Shown here: positions 35,401-44,841 of the stretch, one piece after another | Layout of the letters: each line of letters starts with the position of its first letter | Numbering within the stretch: the stretch's first letter is position 1 | Source of the DNA: Schizochytrium sp. TIO01 | Taxonomy: Eukaryota; Protista; Bigyra: Labyrinthulomycetes | Assembly (NCBI GenBank): GCA_004764695.1 | Contig: SMSO01000025.1 | Coordinates: forward strand, 2,294,001 to 2,358,000 | Length of the DNA: 64,000 nt | Reading direction: 5' to 3' | Notes under the pieces: generated by a model | The model's database searches: none | What the model was told of the DNA's origin: nothing | The model's input: the letters and a program-made list of their open reading frames with translations, nothing else | Position numbers and translations under genes: made by a program

Positions 35401-36816
35401 GGACCTTCACGTAATCTTTTTCCTGATAAAATGAGTAATAACTTCTCGATAGAGGAAGGGGATGAAATGATGCCTGCTTTCGCAGATGAGAGCACGAAAG
35501 ATTCTCTTGCGGACGCAAAACAAATATCAACGGGCAAATATCATGCTGAATACCTCAAGCCACGAACAGTGAGATTTGTTTCCGACTTTAGTAAAGGTCA
35601 GGACCGGTTCCCAACTGCTGCAGATGACCACGAACCTCCTTTGGAATACGATATAGAGGCGGGCCTTAAATCAATAAAACCGAGAGTAATTTCTGCGATT
35701 GTAGATATGGGCAGACAACAAAATTCTAAACTACAGGAAGAAGATCGCGAGAAATATCAAGATGCTGACTATGCCGGGGCGTCTGAGGCTGACCGGTACT
35801 TAGGAGGCAGGAATTCAAAAGGTGTACAGCGACGAAAGACAGCTCATAAATCCTCTACTGTGGACATGGCGAAGATGACTAGTCGAGCACATGCTTCAAA
35901 GGATCACAACAAGGACGCTATTCAAGCGGACTTGGATCTAGATGTTGAACGAGGCGAGGCTTGCTTGCGTTCTAATATTGCTAAGGGCGTACTTTCTATG
36001 AAAAAAGTACGCCCCCGGTGGGCGGACCAAGCGAAGGCTGAAAATAAAGAAAATTGTATTGACTTTGTGGATATAGAGGCTCTTGAGCGTGGGATGGAAC
36101 AATTGACAATGTTTGGTAAAAGCATACATCCTAAGCCAAAGGGAAATGTCGATATGAGTAAACGCACTGGACGCCAAGAAAAGGAGCTTCCACGAGATGA
36201 GCTTACTGAAATCGATGCCAGGGCAGCTCGCGACGCGCCATCGCAAAACGTTCGCGTCACTGGCGGAGTTATTCCATTGGCTCAAAGGACAAACTCTCCC
36301 AAGTCTGGATATGCCAGAGATGTAGCAAAGCAAGGAGATATTCTCGAGCTCAATCCGGACCCAACACCACTTCTCAAGAGAACAGACATTGCATTGGCAA
36401 TGGACGGGCAGGTTGGTCGTCATGATTATTACAATAAAGTTGAAGATACTGAAAGCATTACTTGCGTTGATGGGATGACCTCTCCACACAAACCAGATCT
36501 TCGTGCGGCAGAGAGTTTTCTTAAACCGCGTGTCATTGGAGGAGCAGTTGGTTTAGATAAAGAAGTTCCAAAGCCAGTTCTAGAAAAGAACAAACGCTCT
36601 GAAGCAACAAACCAAATTAAGCTGAGGCAATCTGAAGCAGCACTGTATTCAGAAAAGAAGCTTCAATTAAAATTTTCGAGAAAAGAAGAGTTAGCTCGAT
36701 CCACTGGAGAATGGGCTGAAAAGGAAAAGAGGAGAAAAGCTAGAGCTGCTGCAAAGGCTTTGCAACCCAAACTTAAATATGGTAATCCTATTCAAAGGGC
36801 TCAAAAGGTCTTATGA
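32449..36816 (+). CDS. SHIPPO/sperm-tail PG-rich (STPG/ODF3-like) repeat protein, likely flagellar microtubule-associated
   Basis: PGPGxY-type repeats TPAPGHYN, TPGVGDYN, LGPGAHY, SPAVGTYN, GPGTY and LGPGHY, plus recurring KPRV..G..DM motifs in a 1455-aa low-complexity ORF. Confidence 0.75.
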   Translation: MRTGESSDVSILLAQLEASVARLEQGTQELNEDIDLTDDEEAQNGAVLREYDGTKWTFEGVVQQNKIQETNHGFRRSLKRSNLNNDDKERGPAKQGHLQTELEDPLARYKTNNKAHPREGFSTPAPGHYNPEIKLVKPRPPSVKMMLPSGKSRKRQPLTSPSATLPTQECLSKSLAASSRIRRAPGLRWVKSSEEDKKQMKPERKETPGVGDYNLQHTLVEKRVKGVSFAKPQALLYKNSCGKEDDASKTEVYEKIQQLGDQRNAVSLEPSYQAIEPRVKGVTSWRTPSQLVYVGCSKTAYKSSIDTPNAGPTIEETQAEEESNVFKAWESVQPHVAAVAWAAPAQDRYRPRHMPDSGVDGQLQTEQNPLSSIDRRVEPTTMQKYTPVSSGFAPAVPPSKQLLARQTRDLVTSSKLGPGAHYIAEQFSTFGRDCVGPRFVDPKQTTKRRRPFSSEFDADESPAVGTYNINDASVSTRRRVQGGVSWAKTSKRWVKQASEKTKTSQHPNEQNENIFLNQSTTLSSPGACDNDLLSIHSYDSDLSSSSDWAEEKDARQEGKYNEDENDNDESTWSESEPDSDVGMDGLAQKLLASPPNCQSNGTKGPPPSSWARKSFQEEADPRRALILQRHLRQKRKEKRGPARILEPNREAIEPRRSTHIISMKNGEQSRAKQLKQNAIIQEKVLAVTMKKSSRANKLLAELGIDIDDLDYDSRINLNDTELQDPAKIKGFAYRIPSELPPQAIEARTRRELEEQYRGPGTYGGAAAHKAWLPEDDSENAYMGRFTGRERIHISKKGKITTVEFGAVHAEQEASEDADLGPGHYSVPTGVTRFGVEKVRGPDMDRMLTGSRCADQSEEIPDEGAILELNAPLVKERLRKVAPGERGFTFSKLNYAKRTSTDSEDKNEEGYVLDLAPDREKFKFERTQGIIPMDKMPERFQFSKKNGKNEIDSVGGVSEEIQLDLDAERGRLFIGKRSQTANLSAGPSRNLFPDKMSNNFSIEEGDEMMPAFADESTKDSLADAKQISTGKYHAEYLKPRTVRFVSDFSKGQDRFPTAADDHEPPLEYDIEAGLKSIKPRVISAIVDMGRQQNSKLQEEDREKYQDADYAGASEADRYLGGRNSKGVQRRKTAHKSSTVDMAKMTSRAHASKDHNKDAIQADLDLDVERGEACLRSNIAKGVLSMKKVRPRWADQAKAENKENCIDFVDIEALERGMEQLTMFGKSIHPKPKGNVDMSKRTGRQEKELPRDELTEIDARAARDAPSQNVRVTGGVIPLAQRTNSPKSGYARDVAKQGDILELNPDPTPLLKRTDIALAMDGQVGRHDYYNKVEDTESITCVDGMTSPHKPDLRAAESFLKPRVIGGAVGLDKEVPKPVLEKNKRSEATNQIKLRQSEAALYSEKKLQLKFSRKEELARSTGEWAEKEKRRKARAAAKALQPKLKYGNPIQRAQKVL

Positions 36817-37705
36817 GTGCACACAGACTAAATATTTCAGGGGTCAGTTCGCCTGGAAAGCAGTTGTCTCTTCTTGCATAGAAACATCCTGATGAATCCA
36901 AAATAAAATATGAACCAAAACTTGCACCTATATCATGTGGTGCATTTGCAAGATCCTTGAAATAGCGAAGCAACGATGGTGCTGCACTACCGTCAACAGC
37001 TAATGGCCGGCTCACTTGAAAGTTAAGGTCGAGTCGCTCCATCACTTCTCGCGTTTTCCGCAATGATTTAGCTTTATCTGCCCTTGAACGTTTCTTCCAC
37101 AATAAACCCTTTTCCTCTACCTGAAGCACTAATACGAGAAGTGAACTTTCGAAGCGTTTTTGCAATTCATTAAGCTCTTGGACGTGTAAGGACAATACTT
37201 CATCATCCTCATTATTGGCTAGGGAATTTAGATTACACGCTGTAATTAGCACTACGCGACCGCGGGTCCGTCTTAAGTCAAGAATCTGCTCTTGGGCAGT
37301 CTCTTTGCCTCGTCTCCGTACCATTGTAATCAGAGGCCGAAGTTCTGCAGCTTTGGTACTTGAAAGATGATCTCGGAAAACTTTAGCTTCATCTCGGTGC
37401 TGTTGCAAAACTCCTTCGTCATCTTTTGTCTCATCTTCAGATTCTTTTGCATCTTTCTCAGAGTCATTTTTTGTTTCATTCTGACCGGACTGGTTTTCAT
37501 CCTCTTTTAGACTGTCCCTTGGGGCTTCTTGACTTTTCGCCTTCTTTTGCTCACTCTTGCTCTTGTCAGCTTTGCTTGCTTGTTGAGAAGACTTTTTCTC
37601 CTTTGCAGTTTGTTTGCGCGAAGTCTTGAGGTTCGCTGCATCTGCACTGGAGGTTGTCACCTTGCTAGCCAAGGCTTTGTTTGTGGGAGAACGAGTAGTT
37701 GGCAT
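36788..37705 (-). CDS. Glutathione peroxidase-like thioredoxin-fold protein lacking catalytic motifs, with charged disordered N-terminus
   Basis: LDLRRTRGRVVLI, LNELQKRF..LLVL, F.V...LAVDG..A..L.RYFK and F..YFILDSSG...AR match the GPx scaffold. NVASxC, FPCNQF and WNF are absent. Confidence 0.65.
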   Translation of the reverse strand: MPTTRSPTNKALASKVTTSSADAANLKTSRKQTAKEKKSSQQASKADKSKSEQKKAKSQEAPRDSLKEDENQSGQNETKNDSEKDAKESEDETKDDEGVLQQHRDEAKVFRDHLSSTKAAELRPLITMVRRRGKETAQEQILDLRRTRGRVVLITACNLNSLANNEDDEVLSLHVQELNELQKRFESSLLVLVLQVEEKGLLWKKRSRADKAKSLRKTREVMERLDLNFQVSRPLAVDGSAAPSLLRYFKDLANAPHDIGASFGSYFILDSSGCFYARRDNCFPGELTPEIFSLCALIRPFEPFE

Positions 37706-38024
37706 GCCTCAAAGCCAGCTCCAGTTTGCGGGTGTTTTGCTTCTGTTCGTTGCTTGACATGCAAACCTTGGGACTCTTTCGTTTTTCTACCGGATAAATA
37801 AAACAATAAGAACTTAAAACTTTTAAACTTTGAAATTATCTTAATTGAATCTATATATAATACGAATTCATATGAGAGCCTAAATTTCTGTGGTTGAAAA
37901 ACAGTTGAAGCGTGGATAATCTTGCAGACACAAATCATGCGGTGATCAACCACGCCAAGACATATTATCGATTCATAAATTCAAATATATGTTCGGGTAC
38001 AATTTTAAGAATAAATACAAAAAT

Positions 38025-41000
38025 TCACCTGAAAGAGCCACTACTTGTTGAAGCAGTAACCAGAAACGGAGGTGTTGATACAGAGAGGACAGGGTGGGGA
38101 GCTGTCTGAGGTAGAGGTGATGCCTCACAGGCCTCAAGTCGAATTGAAAGTAGCAATGGCTGCTCATTGTTGTAATTCTGGAGGCTCAGTCGTGCAAGAG
38201 CAGGTAAATGTACATGGCAAACCCCAGTATCTTCCATCTCTTGGGATGACTTGTAGACAACCTTGCCACGTTGCATCAAAACAAGACTTACTCGAATACA
38301 AACAAAGCTAGGGGCTCCAGAACAGCGGCTTTCCCACCATAATTCCATAGATGATGGGCGATTCAAGAGCATAGGCACTGTTTGCACTCGGCGTGGATCA
38401 TGGCGAACTGGTTTGATCAGTGTTAGGCATCGGAGGCCTAGCGCATCATCTGGTTTGCACATTGAAATAAACGGGAGTGGGGATGTAAGTGTAGGAGCAA
38501 GCGTTGCAGCAAGGCGAGATCTCTGAATTTCTTCGTGAGTCCTCGGAGAAAATAGGCTAATAGGATCAACCAGCGCGGATGTTGGTTCACTAGATTCAGC
38601 AGATACACTTTGTGCGCGACGGGAGTTTTCTCGCTGACGGCGAATTTCGTTCGCCTCAGCCTCGTCCAAACTGGCACGGCGAAGGATCGTTTCTTCAAAA
38701 GCTGCTAGGACCCCTGCATCCCCTTCACGCGGAGAACTAAGAGATATCATAGACTCATTGTCGCTCTCATTGTTTCTGTCAGCATTGCTATCATCAGTTG
38801 AGCTTTCATTTCCGTCAAATGCCACTAAGCGGGGTCGGCGCAAAGGCATGCTCACAGTATGGTTGGAGCGGTAATTACGAAGGCTTTGCGCTGGAGATGT
38901 CTGCCCCTCACCGTCTTCCTGATGCTGGTCATTTGGCTGAATATGCCCAACATCCCCATTTGTCGGGGAGGCAGCACGCTGATTATGACACATCCTGCAT
39001 CTGTGGGTTGTTATCTGGGGATTCCAAAAGGTACAGCGAGAACATTCCCACCCAGCAGGTTGTTCGGATTCCCGTCTGGGCAATGTTACAGATGGGTCAT
39101 AAGATTGTGTTCTCCGACGAGGTTGAATGTCACGCGAAGTCTGGGCTTGGAGTGCCTGCCTTGACCCATAAAATAACGCATTTCTTCGACGTCGAAGCGG
39201 GGGGAACACAGCATGCTCCTCCTTTTCGGAATACGTTTGTAAATGGCCACACGGTTTACACATGACAACGTTGCATGTTTGGCAAAATCCCACACTTCCA
39301 CGAGTGTGACGACAACAGAAATCGCATTCAAATGAACCGCAAGAAAGATCCTTATCAAATATCAAGTCATGTCCTGATGGACACTGGAAGACCCCTTCGA
39401 AGTTTCGATGGGTTTCCTTGTTCGAACCTTCCTCCATTATGATACTATTTTCATGAACTTCCTCGACATCATCAAGGGGACTTGCTCTATTCTCAGAAAA
39501 GGTATCTTTTTCTTCGGAGTCTCTGCCCTCTAATACCTCCAAAAGTGCAGCTTCTTCCAAATCTTCGGGTGACGCAGCCTCAGGATATCTGCCTTCAAGT
39601 ACTTTGCGTTCGCACTCAGGGCAAACGAGGTCAATTCTGCCAACGACATCTTTCTCTTGTGAAGGTGGTTTTGCAAAGTGTCTAGTGTACTTATTAAAGC
39701 AGGCAGCCGGTCCTGCACAGGAAAGACTACTTGCAGCACATCTGCATGGACTCTCATATTTTTCACTTAAAGAAAGTTCTGCACTGCATCCAATACAGCG
39801 TCGAACTTGCTGGAATAGACCATGTCGGTATCTTGTGAAAAAGTTACGGATTACAGTATTTGAACATGCTTGACATGCCGACCCACTCGTATTTTGCCAT
39901 CCACAAAGGCTGCATACCCACTGCTGATCAGCGCTTACAGGAGTGATCCTTACATCAGCGCTTTGTAATAAGCTTGGCACGTTGTTGAACCCTGAGATAG
40001 GATTTGCCAGCTGGTGTAGCATAGAATTTAACTCCCTTGCAAGACGAGACACTTCTTGCATCCGCTCTAAGGTTTGGCAGCATAGAGAAGCTAGATCTTG
40101 TTCGATGGGAATAATTGCCCGGGCAAAATGGAGCGCCTGAACTGTTCTGTTTCTCCGATCTTTAGAGAAGCGCCAAGCTTTCACATTCTTGCGTCGGGAC
40201 GGAGAATTGGAAATGCTGCTGTTTTGTACATGCCCAACATCAAAAAGCTCCAAGGCGATCGCAGGAGTCTCGATAGTCTCTTGCAAACGCTCTGCTACTT
40301 GAGCCAGGGCACCAAGGCGAGCCAAATATAAAGCTCGGTGCGGACCATCGATAAAAAATCGATGATTTCGCTCAAAATTGGGCTCACTCCCTGCCAAATA
40401 GATCCATTCGCTACTCGTGCTGGGAGCATTGAGAAAGAAGCCCACAATTGTACCCCACTTGAGCAAGCCTTGACACTCACATATTACACGCATAATGTAC
40501 TGAAGAAACTTTACCAGGCGACGTTGAGGTGCAAGCAAAAGAGAGTTCTCCAGAACATGATTGAGGTCTTCATGAAGGTGATTAGTCCACTCAGCATTAT
40601 CACTGTATTGAATATACTGACGTAGTACATGAGCTACTCGTCTACGTAGGTCTTTGGCCTTTCTAAACGCCTCCTCCTGTTCTGCATGCTTCTTTCGTTC
40701 CTCAAGGGCCTTTGCGCGAGATGCGGAAAATTCGTTTTGGACTTCTACGCGAGCAGCCCGCTGTCGCTCGGCTATTTCATCTGGCTTTTCCTCTGTGATT
40801 TTGCATCGAAAGAATCCTCCAGTTTCAGCTCCATGTTCAGCCCAAGAACCAAGGCATGCCCAGCAGAACTCATATTGGCATGAAGTGCATTTCATATGGT
40901 TGCAGCCTTGCATTTTTTCAATCGGCACTTTGCATTTGGGGCACGGTCGTGCATGGTTGAGAATCCATTTCTTTGCCATAACCTGTTCCTGTTCCTGCCT

Positions 41001-42797
41001 CGGGGCAGCTTGTACGTCGCCAGCCTCTTCTGCTTCGAGCAATGCACGATGCCAAGCCTCCACTTGCTCACAAGTCGCAGGGGCATGAGCTGCATTACCA
41101 CAGTCAAAGCAGAATTCAAAGCCACACAGACACTGCACCGAGCGATGATGGCATTTCTGAGACGACGATTTTCTAGGAAGATCTGCTGTCTCCGAGAGCT
41201 TCCATTCAACAGCATTTCCACAACCTTGACGAGGGCACCAGCGCACTGATGTGCAGGTGTCTACAAAAGCATCCGTATAAAAGCGATCAAAGCGTCCACA
41301 TAACTCTGGTGTCTCAGCGTGTTCGCGAATAAACGCTGGCGACGCCTTTTCATTGCATGTAGGTTCCATGCAGGTTGTTGATAGGCATTCCTTGCCTTCC
41401 TTTATTCTGCACGAAATATAACCACTCCAGCAGTCCTTACAAAAGGCATGCCCACAACGAAGCATCGAAGCCATTTCTGGAGAATCAATCGTTTCGAAGC
41501 AAATTTTGCACGTGGTTGTTTGAAAGCTTTCAAGCCCAGAATCAGCATAGCTGATTTCTTCCTTTTCTTCATTAGTATCTGTCAAACTTATTTTCCGTGC
41601 GCGCGCGCCCGAGCTGCAATCCTCGATTTTTTTGTTGGAGCATGCAACAGCATGAATTGCAGCTTCAAGATTCCATTCACTGTCACGCAAAATCTCTTCT
41701 GCAAAACTTGGATGAATTGGAAGATGGTGCTGTTTTTCTGTCTTTTCAAGATGTCCAGCAAAAACTTCAACAAGCTCCTGGCGTCGGGTAGTAATATCCT
41801 CATGACCACGATGCACGATGAAGTCGTTGCTAGTCAGACGATGGTGCATTGCTCTAACCAATGATGAACCGGATTCTCGAGAAGAGAACGTAGCCGAGTT
41901 CTTTAGTGTAGAAGGTGAGAATTTTTCACTATGAACTTTGTGCTGATGGTGCCCTGGTGATTGAGACTTCGGAGAGCGCCCATCTAACCTTTTGCTGTTT
42001 GTGCTGTTGCTTCCAAAGCTGAGCATACGCAAGAACGAAGGGCGCTTTTTGGAAGACTTAGACTTTCCTTCATTACTGTTTGGTATTGCTGTTGTTGTAA
42101 TAGATGGAGAAAAGGGCTCTGCTGCGCGTTCTGTATGCTCAGTTGCATTCTCAAATTTAGGGTGAATCATCACTCTATTGGATTTGCTTGGGTCGGCCGT
42201 TATCATATTTCCAGATGGTTGGCCATTCGTGAAGGCAATTGTTGATGTACGCAAATCAAAACTGCGAAGTGCGCTTACCCATTGATCTCGTTCATCAAGT
42301 GTAGCACAACGCAGACGAACAAGAAATAAGCCCCGGTAACGTTGAACAGATAAAGTCCACTCATATCCTTGATTTTGGAGGTCCTCTGCCTGAGCAAACT
42401 CGCCAGGGCGCCTGCGAACAGATGCAGAAAGTGAGACACTAACACTTAAAGTAGGTTCCGACAGGTCAAAGTGCATTTCGCTTCGTATTTTACGCCAAGC
42501 CCCCTTGTTTTGCATTACTCGAGGTAGGACCTGTTGATTATTTGCAAGATCTGTGGGAAATATCCCTAACGTATTACCATGGAGCACGAGAAGTTGATTT
42601 TGCCAAGTAGCACTCCTTTTGCCAGAAAACTTCATTACTTGCAAGACTCCAATTTTTGCAGGAACGCGCTGCTCTAGCATTTCATGCAAAGTCAAGTACT
42701 TGGGCAACTTACGCACCTTGCTTGCCTTTTGAGAAGAGCCGCGAAAACCTGGGTTTTGCATCGTGTGCAGTCCACCCAGCTCTGGTTGACGCAACAT
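38025..42797 (-). CDS. Ariadne-family RBR E3 ubiquitin ligase with N-terminal PH domain and C-terminal zinc fingers
   Basis: First ATG at 42797. RING1 CKICF...CGHAFCKDCW..Y, IBR WCP..GC...C.CGFEFCFDC..AHAP.TC, RING2 CPKCKVPIEKMQGCNHMKC..C.YEFCW.C. PH end RCATLDERDQWVSALR. RanBP2-type WVCSLC/WECSRCTFWN. Confidence 0.9.
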   Translation of the reverse strand: MLRQPELGGLHTMQNPGFRGSSQKASKVRKLPKYLTLHEMLEQRVPAKIGVLQVMKFSGKRSATWQNQLLVLHGNTLGIFPTDLANNQQVLPRVMQNKGAWRKIRSEMHFDLSEPTLSVSVSLSASVRRRPGEFAQAEDLQNQGYEWTLSVQRYRGLFLVRLRCATLDERDQWVSALRSFDLRTSTIAFTNGQPSGNMITADPSKSNRVMIHPKFENATEHTERAAEPFSPSITTTAIPNSNEGKSKSSKKRPSFLRMLSFGSNSTNSKRLDGRSPKSQSPGHHQHKVHSEKFSPSTLKNSATFSSRESGSSLVRAMHHRLTSNDFIVHRGHEDITTRRQELVEVFAGHLEKTEKQHHLPIHPSFAEEILRDSEWNLEAAIHAVACSNKKIEDCSSGARARKISLTDTNEEKEEISYADSGLESFQTTTCKICFETIDSPEMASMLRCGHAFCKDCWSGYISCRIKEGKECLSTTCMEPTCNEKASPAFIREHAETPELCGRFDRFYTDAFVDTCTSVRWCPRQGCGNAVEWKLSETADLPRKSSSQKCHHRSVQCLCGFEFCFDCGNAAHAPATCEQVEAWHRALLEAEEAGDVQAAPRQEQEQVMAKKWILNHARPCPKCKVPIEKMQGCNHMKCTSCQYEFCWACLGSWAEHGAETGGFFRCKITEEKPDEIAERQRAARVEVQNEFSASRAKALEERKKHAEQEEAFRKAKDLRRRVAHVLRQYIQYSDNAEWTNHLHEDLNHVLENSLLLAPQRRLVKFLQYIMRVICECQGLLKWGTIVGFFLNAPSTSSEWIYLAGSEPNFERNHRFFIDGPHRALYLARLGALAQVAERLQETIETPAIALELFDVGHVQNSSISNSPSRRKNVKAWRFSKDRRNRTVQALHFARAIIPIEQDLASLCCQTLERMQEVSRLARELNSMLHQLANPISGFNNVPSLLQSADVRITPVSADQQWVCSLCGWQNTSGSACQACSNTVIRNFFTRYRHGLFQQVRRCIGCSAELSLSEKYESPCRCAASSLSCAGPAACFNKYTRHFAKPPSQEKDVVGRIDLVCPECERKVLEGRYPEAASPEDLEEAALLEVLEGRDSEEKDTFSENRASPLDDVEEVHENSIIMEEGSNKETHRNFEGVFQCPSGHDLIFDKDLSCGSFECDFCCRHTRGSVGFCQTCNVVMCKPCGHLQTYSEKEEHAVFPPLRRRRNALFYGSRQALQAQTSRDIQPRRRTQSYDPSVTLPRRESEQPAGWECSRCTFWNPQITTHRCRMCHNQRAASPTNGDVGHIQPNDQHQEDGEGQTSPAQSLRNYRSNHTVSMPLRRPRLVAFDGNESSTDDSNADRNNESDNESMISLSSPREGDAGVLAAFEETILRRASLDEAEANEIRRQRENSRRAQSVSAESSEPTSALVDPISLFSPRTHEEIQRSRLAATLAPTLTSPLPFISMCKPDDALGLRCLTLIKPVRHDPRRVQTVPMLLNRPSSMELWWESRCSGAPSFVCIRVSLVLMQRGKVVYKSSQEMEDTGVCHVHLPALARLSLQNYNNEQPLLLSIRLEACEASPLPQTAPHPVLSVSTPPFLVTASTSSGSFR

Positions 42798-44841
42798 TAT
42801 AAAGCAATCCCTTTCCACTCAATGTCTGATTGCGCTCTACGTCGCCTAATCTATCGAGAGTTTGCTAGCTTGGGCACTGCCAATATTCCTTCGCTTGCTG
42901 TTCTCTTGCAGCTTGCTCTCGCCAGAGGTCAAATTGCAATGTATTGGATGAGCTCAACCTGTGTTGTTGCTGCTGCTACACAGTGCGAATATATGGTTCT
43001 GCCCTCCGCTTCTATTTTCCTTTCTTCGGCCTCGCGAGTTCTTCAATTGCTGCTTCCTAGAGGTTTCTTCCCAAGAAAACAAACAAACAAACAAACAAAC
43101 AATAAAGCAGTAGTGCGCCAGGCCGCGTTCTCACGATTGCAATCTTGCTTTTGCCAGCAGTAGGCTACCCAGCTAGTCAGACCGTGTCGAGAGCCGAGCA
43201 CACCTCGAGATGCAAGCTGGCAAGCCAGCCGCTCGTAATAATCCTTTTTCGGATCTATCCCGCAGTCTGCCAGCCCCAGCCTCGCGGCAGTCCCGTTGTC
43301 TCGAAACCCTCGCCTTTGCGCAAGTTAGTTACTTACTCAACAACCGGGAGAACGAACGAGAGTCCCCTATAACACACCAAAACAAAGCCAAGAGCAGATT
43401 AAAACAAATTTAAAGAGAACGCCTTTCCCCTACCGCCCCTTATACCCCCCTTAGCGCCCCTGCTTCTGAATTCTCGCTTTAACAAAAAAGAAAAAGAAAA
43501 AGAAAAAGAAAAAAAGAACGTTTCCATGTCTTTCAAAAGTGCACTACTAACATAAACAGTAGCCACGGCTACATAAGCAATGGAAGGAATCGAAACCTCC
43601 TCTGCTAAGGTATGAAAGACAGGGGGCGCCACATTGGTTCTCTAGCGGCGCCTAGGGGCTGCCTAGCGCACCTGGTCCGCCTCGTTGTCGGGAGGCGCAA
43701 TTTAAGGGGCGCCGTTTCGCTCGGTTTCATGGGTCGAGGGGTCGTGGTTTGTTTGTTTGTTTATTTGCTCTTGAGGCTGGCCAAGGCAAGCCTGGCAGCT
43801 CTCCTGATGAAGGGCTCGCTGGGACTGACAAGCGGCGCCTGGAGCCCCGAAAAGCCGATTGCGAAGCTGCCTGCCACCTCGGAATGAATGCCACTGCTGC
43901 AAGCAAGCGTGCAAAACTACGAAGGTGGTTTCAATGAAAGGGAGAGCAATGTGGAGTACCTCTGTTTACAGAAGCACAAGGTGCCTTCCTGCTTGGCCTT
44001 CCTGCCTATGTATGCAGACAGACAGAGCTACCATGGATGGTGCGAGCAAAGATGTTCGTTTCGTCTATAATAGACGCCCTGGAGGGAAGCAAATGGAGCG
44101 CCGAGCAAGCATAGTCGTCGCTAATAGGGCACTAACAGCTGACTCGGTGAGGTGGTGGATTTGGCGCGCCAGCCGAGATGGAGTTTCACGACGCAGACAG
44201 AGTGCTGCTGGGCTCGGAGGTTTCGTCGAGGCGTTTCTCACCTTGCTGTTATTTGTTTTTTTGGGGGTTTTATAAGAAATTATGACTTGTAGAAAAGAAT
44301 AATAGTAGAGGTGGATGAAATTAGTTAGGCTTTCACCAGACGCAAGCGCGGCCCGGTATTAGTCAAGTTCTGGAGGTGAACTTTGAGTACCTGTCTGATG
44401 CTATAGCGATCCGAATCTGAAGGTTGACATGCAAAGGCGTTGTTTTGTTGGTCAGTACAATGGGAGCTGAAATAGAGTAATTTGAGATATACCACCGGCG
44501 TAGGCAAGTGTTATGTGAGCTGCATATGAGTTTTCGGGTTAGATCTGACCATCTCAAAACTTGGAACACACCAAAATTTGCAGCACCTTTAGTGCGGCAA
44601 CAACATAAGCGTGTTTGTATATATGAGTGCAATGTACAAATCTCGGGGTGTTGGAAGAGCATTGGAATAAACAAATTGCAGCTAAATTGGAATTAAGATA
44701 TTTAATTAAAGACAAGCGAATGGAACTCAATTTGGTTCAAGATGTGAGTCGCTAGTTGAAGACCTGATGTACAGAGGTTAAAGCATCATGATTTGTAATT
44801 TAGCATGTATCTAGGTATAGAGATATAGAATCTGAACAGTC

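Noticed and set aside
37100-37260. Selenocysteine GPx
   Set aside because: No in-frame TGA at the peroxidatic position, and the other tetrad motifs are missing.
43100-44300. GC-rich segment as ncRNA or small genes
   Set aside because: No recognisable RNA family or coding signature; most simply the upstream region of the Ariadne gene.
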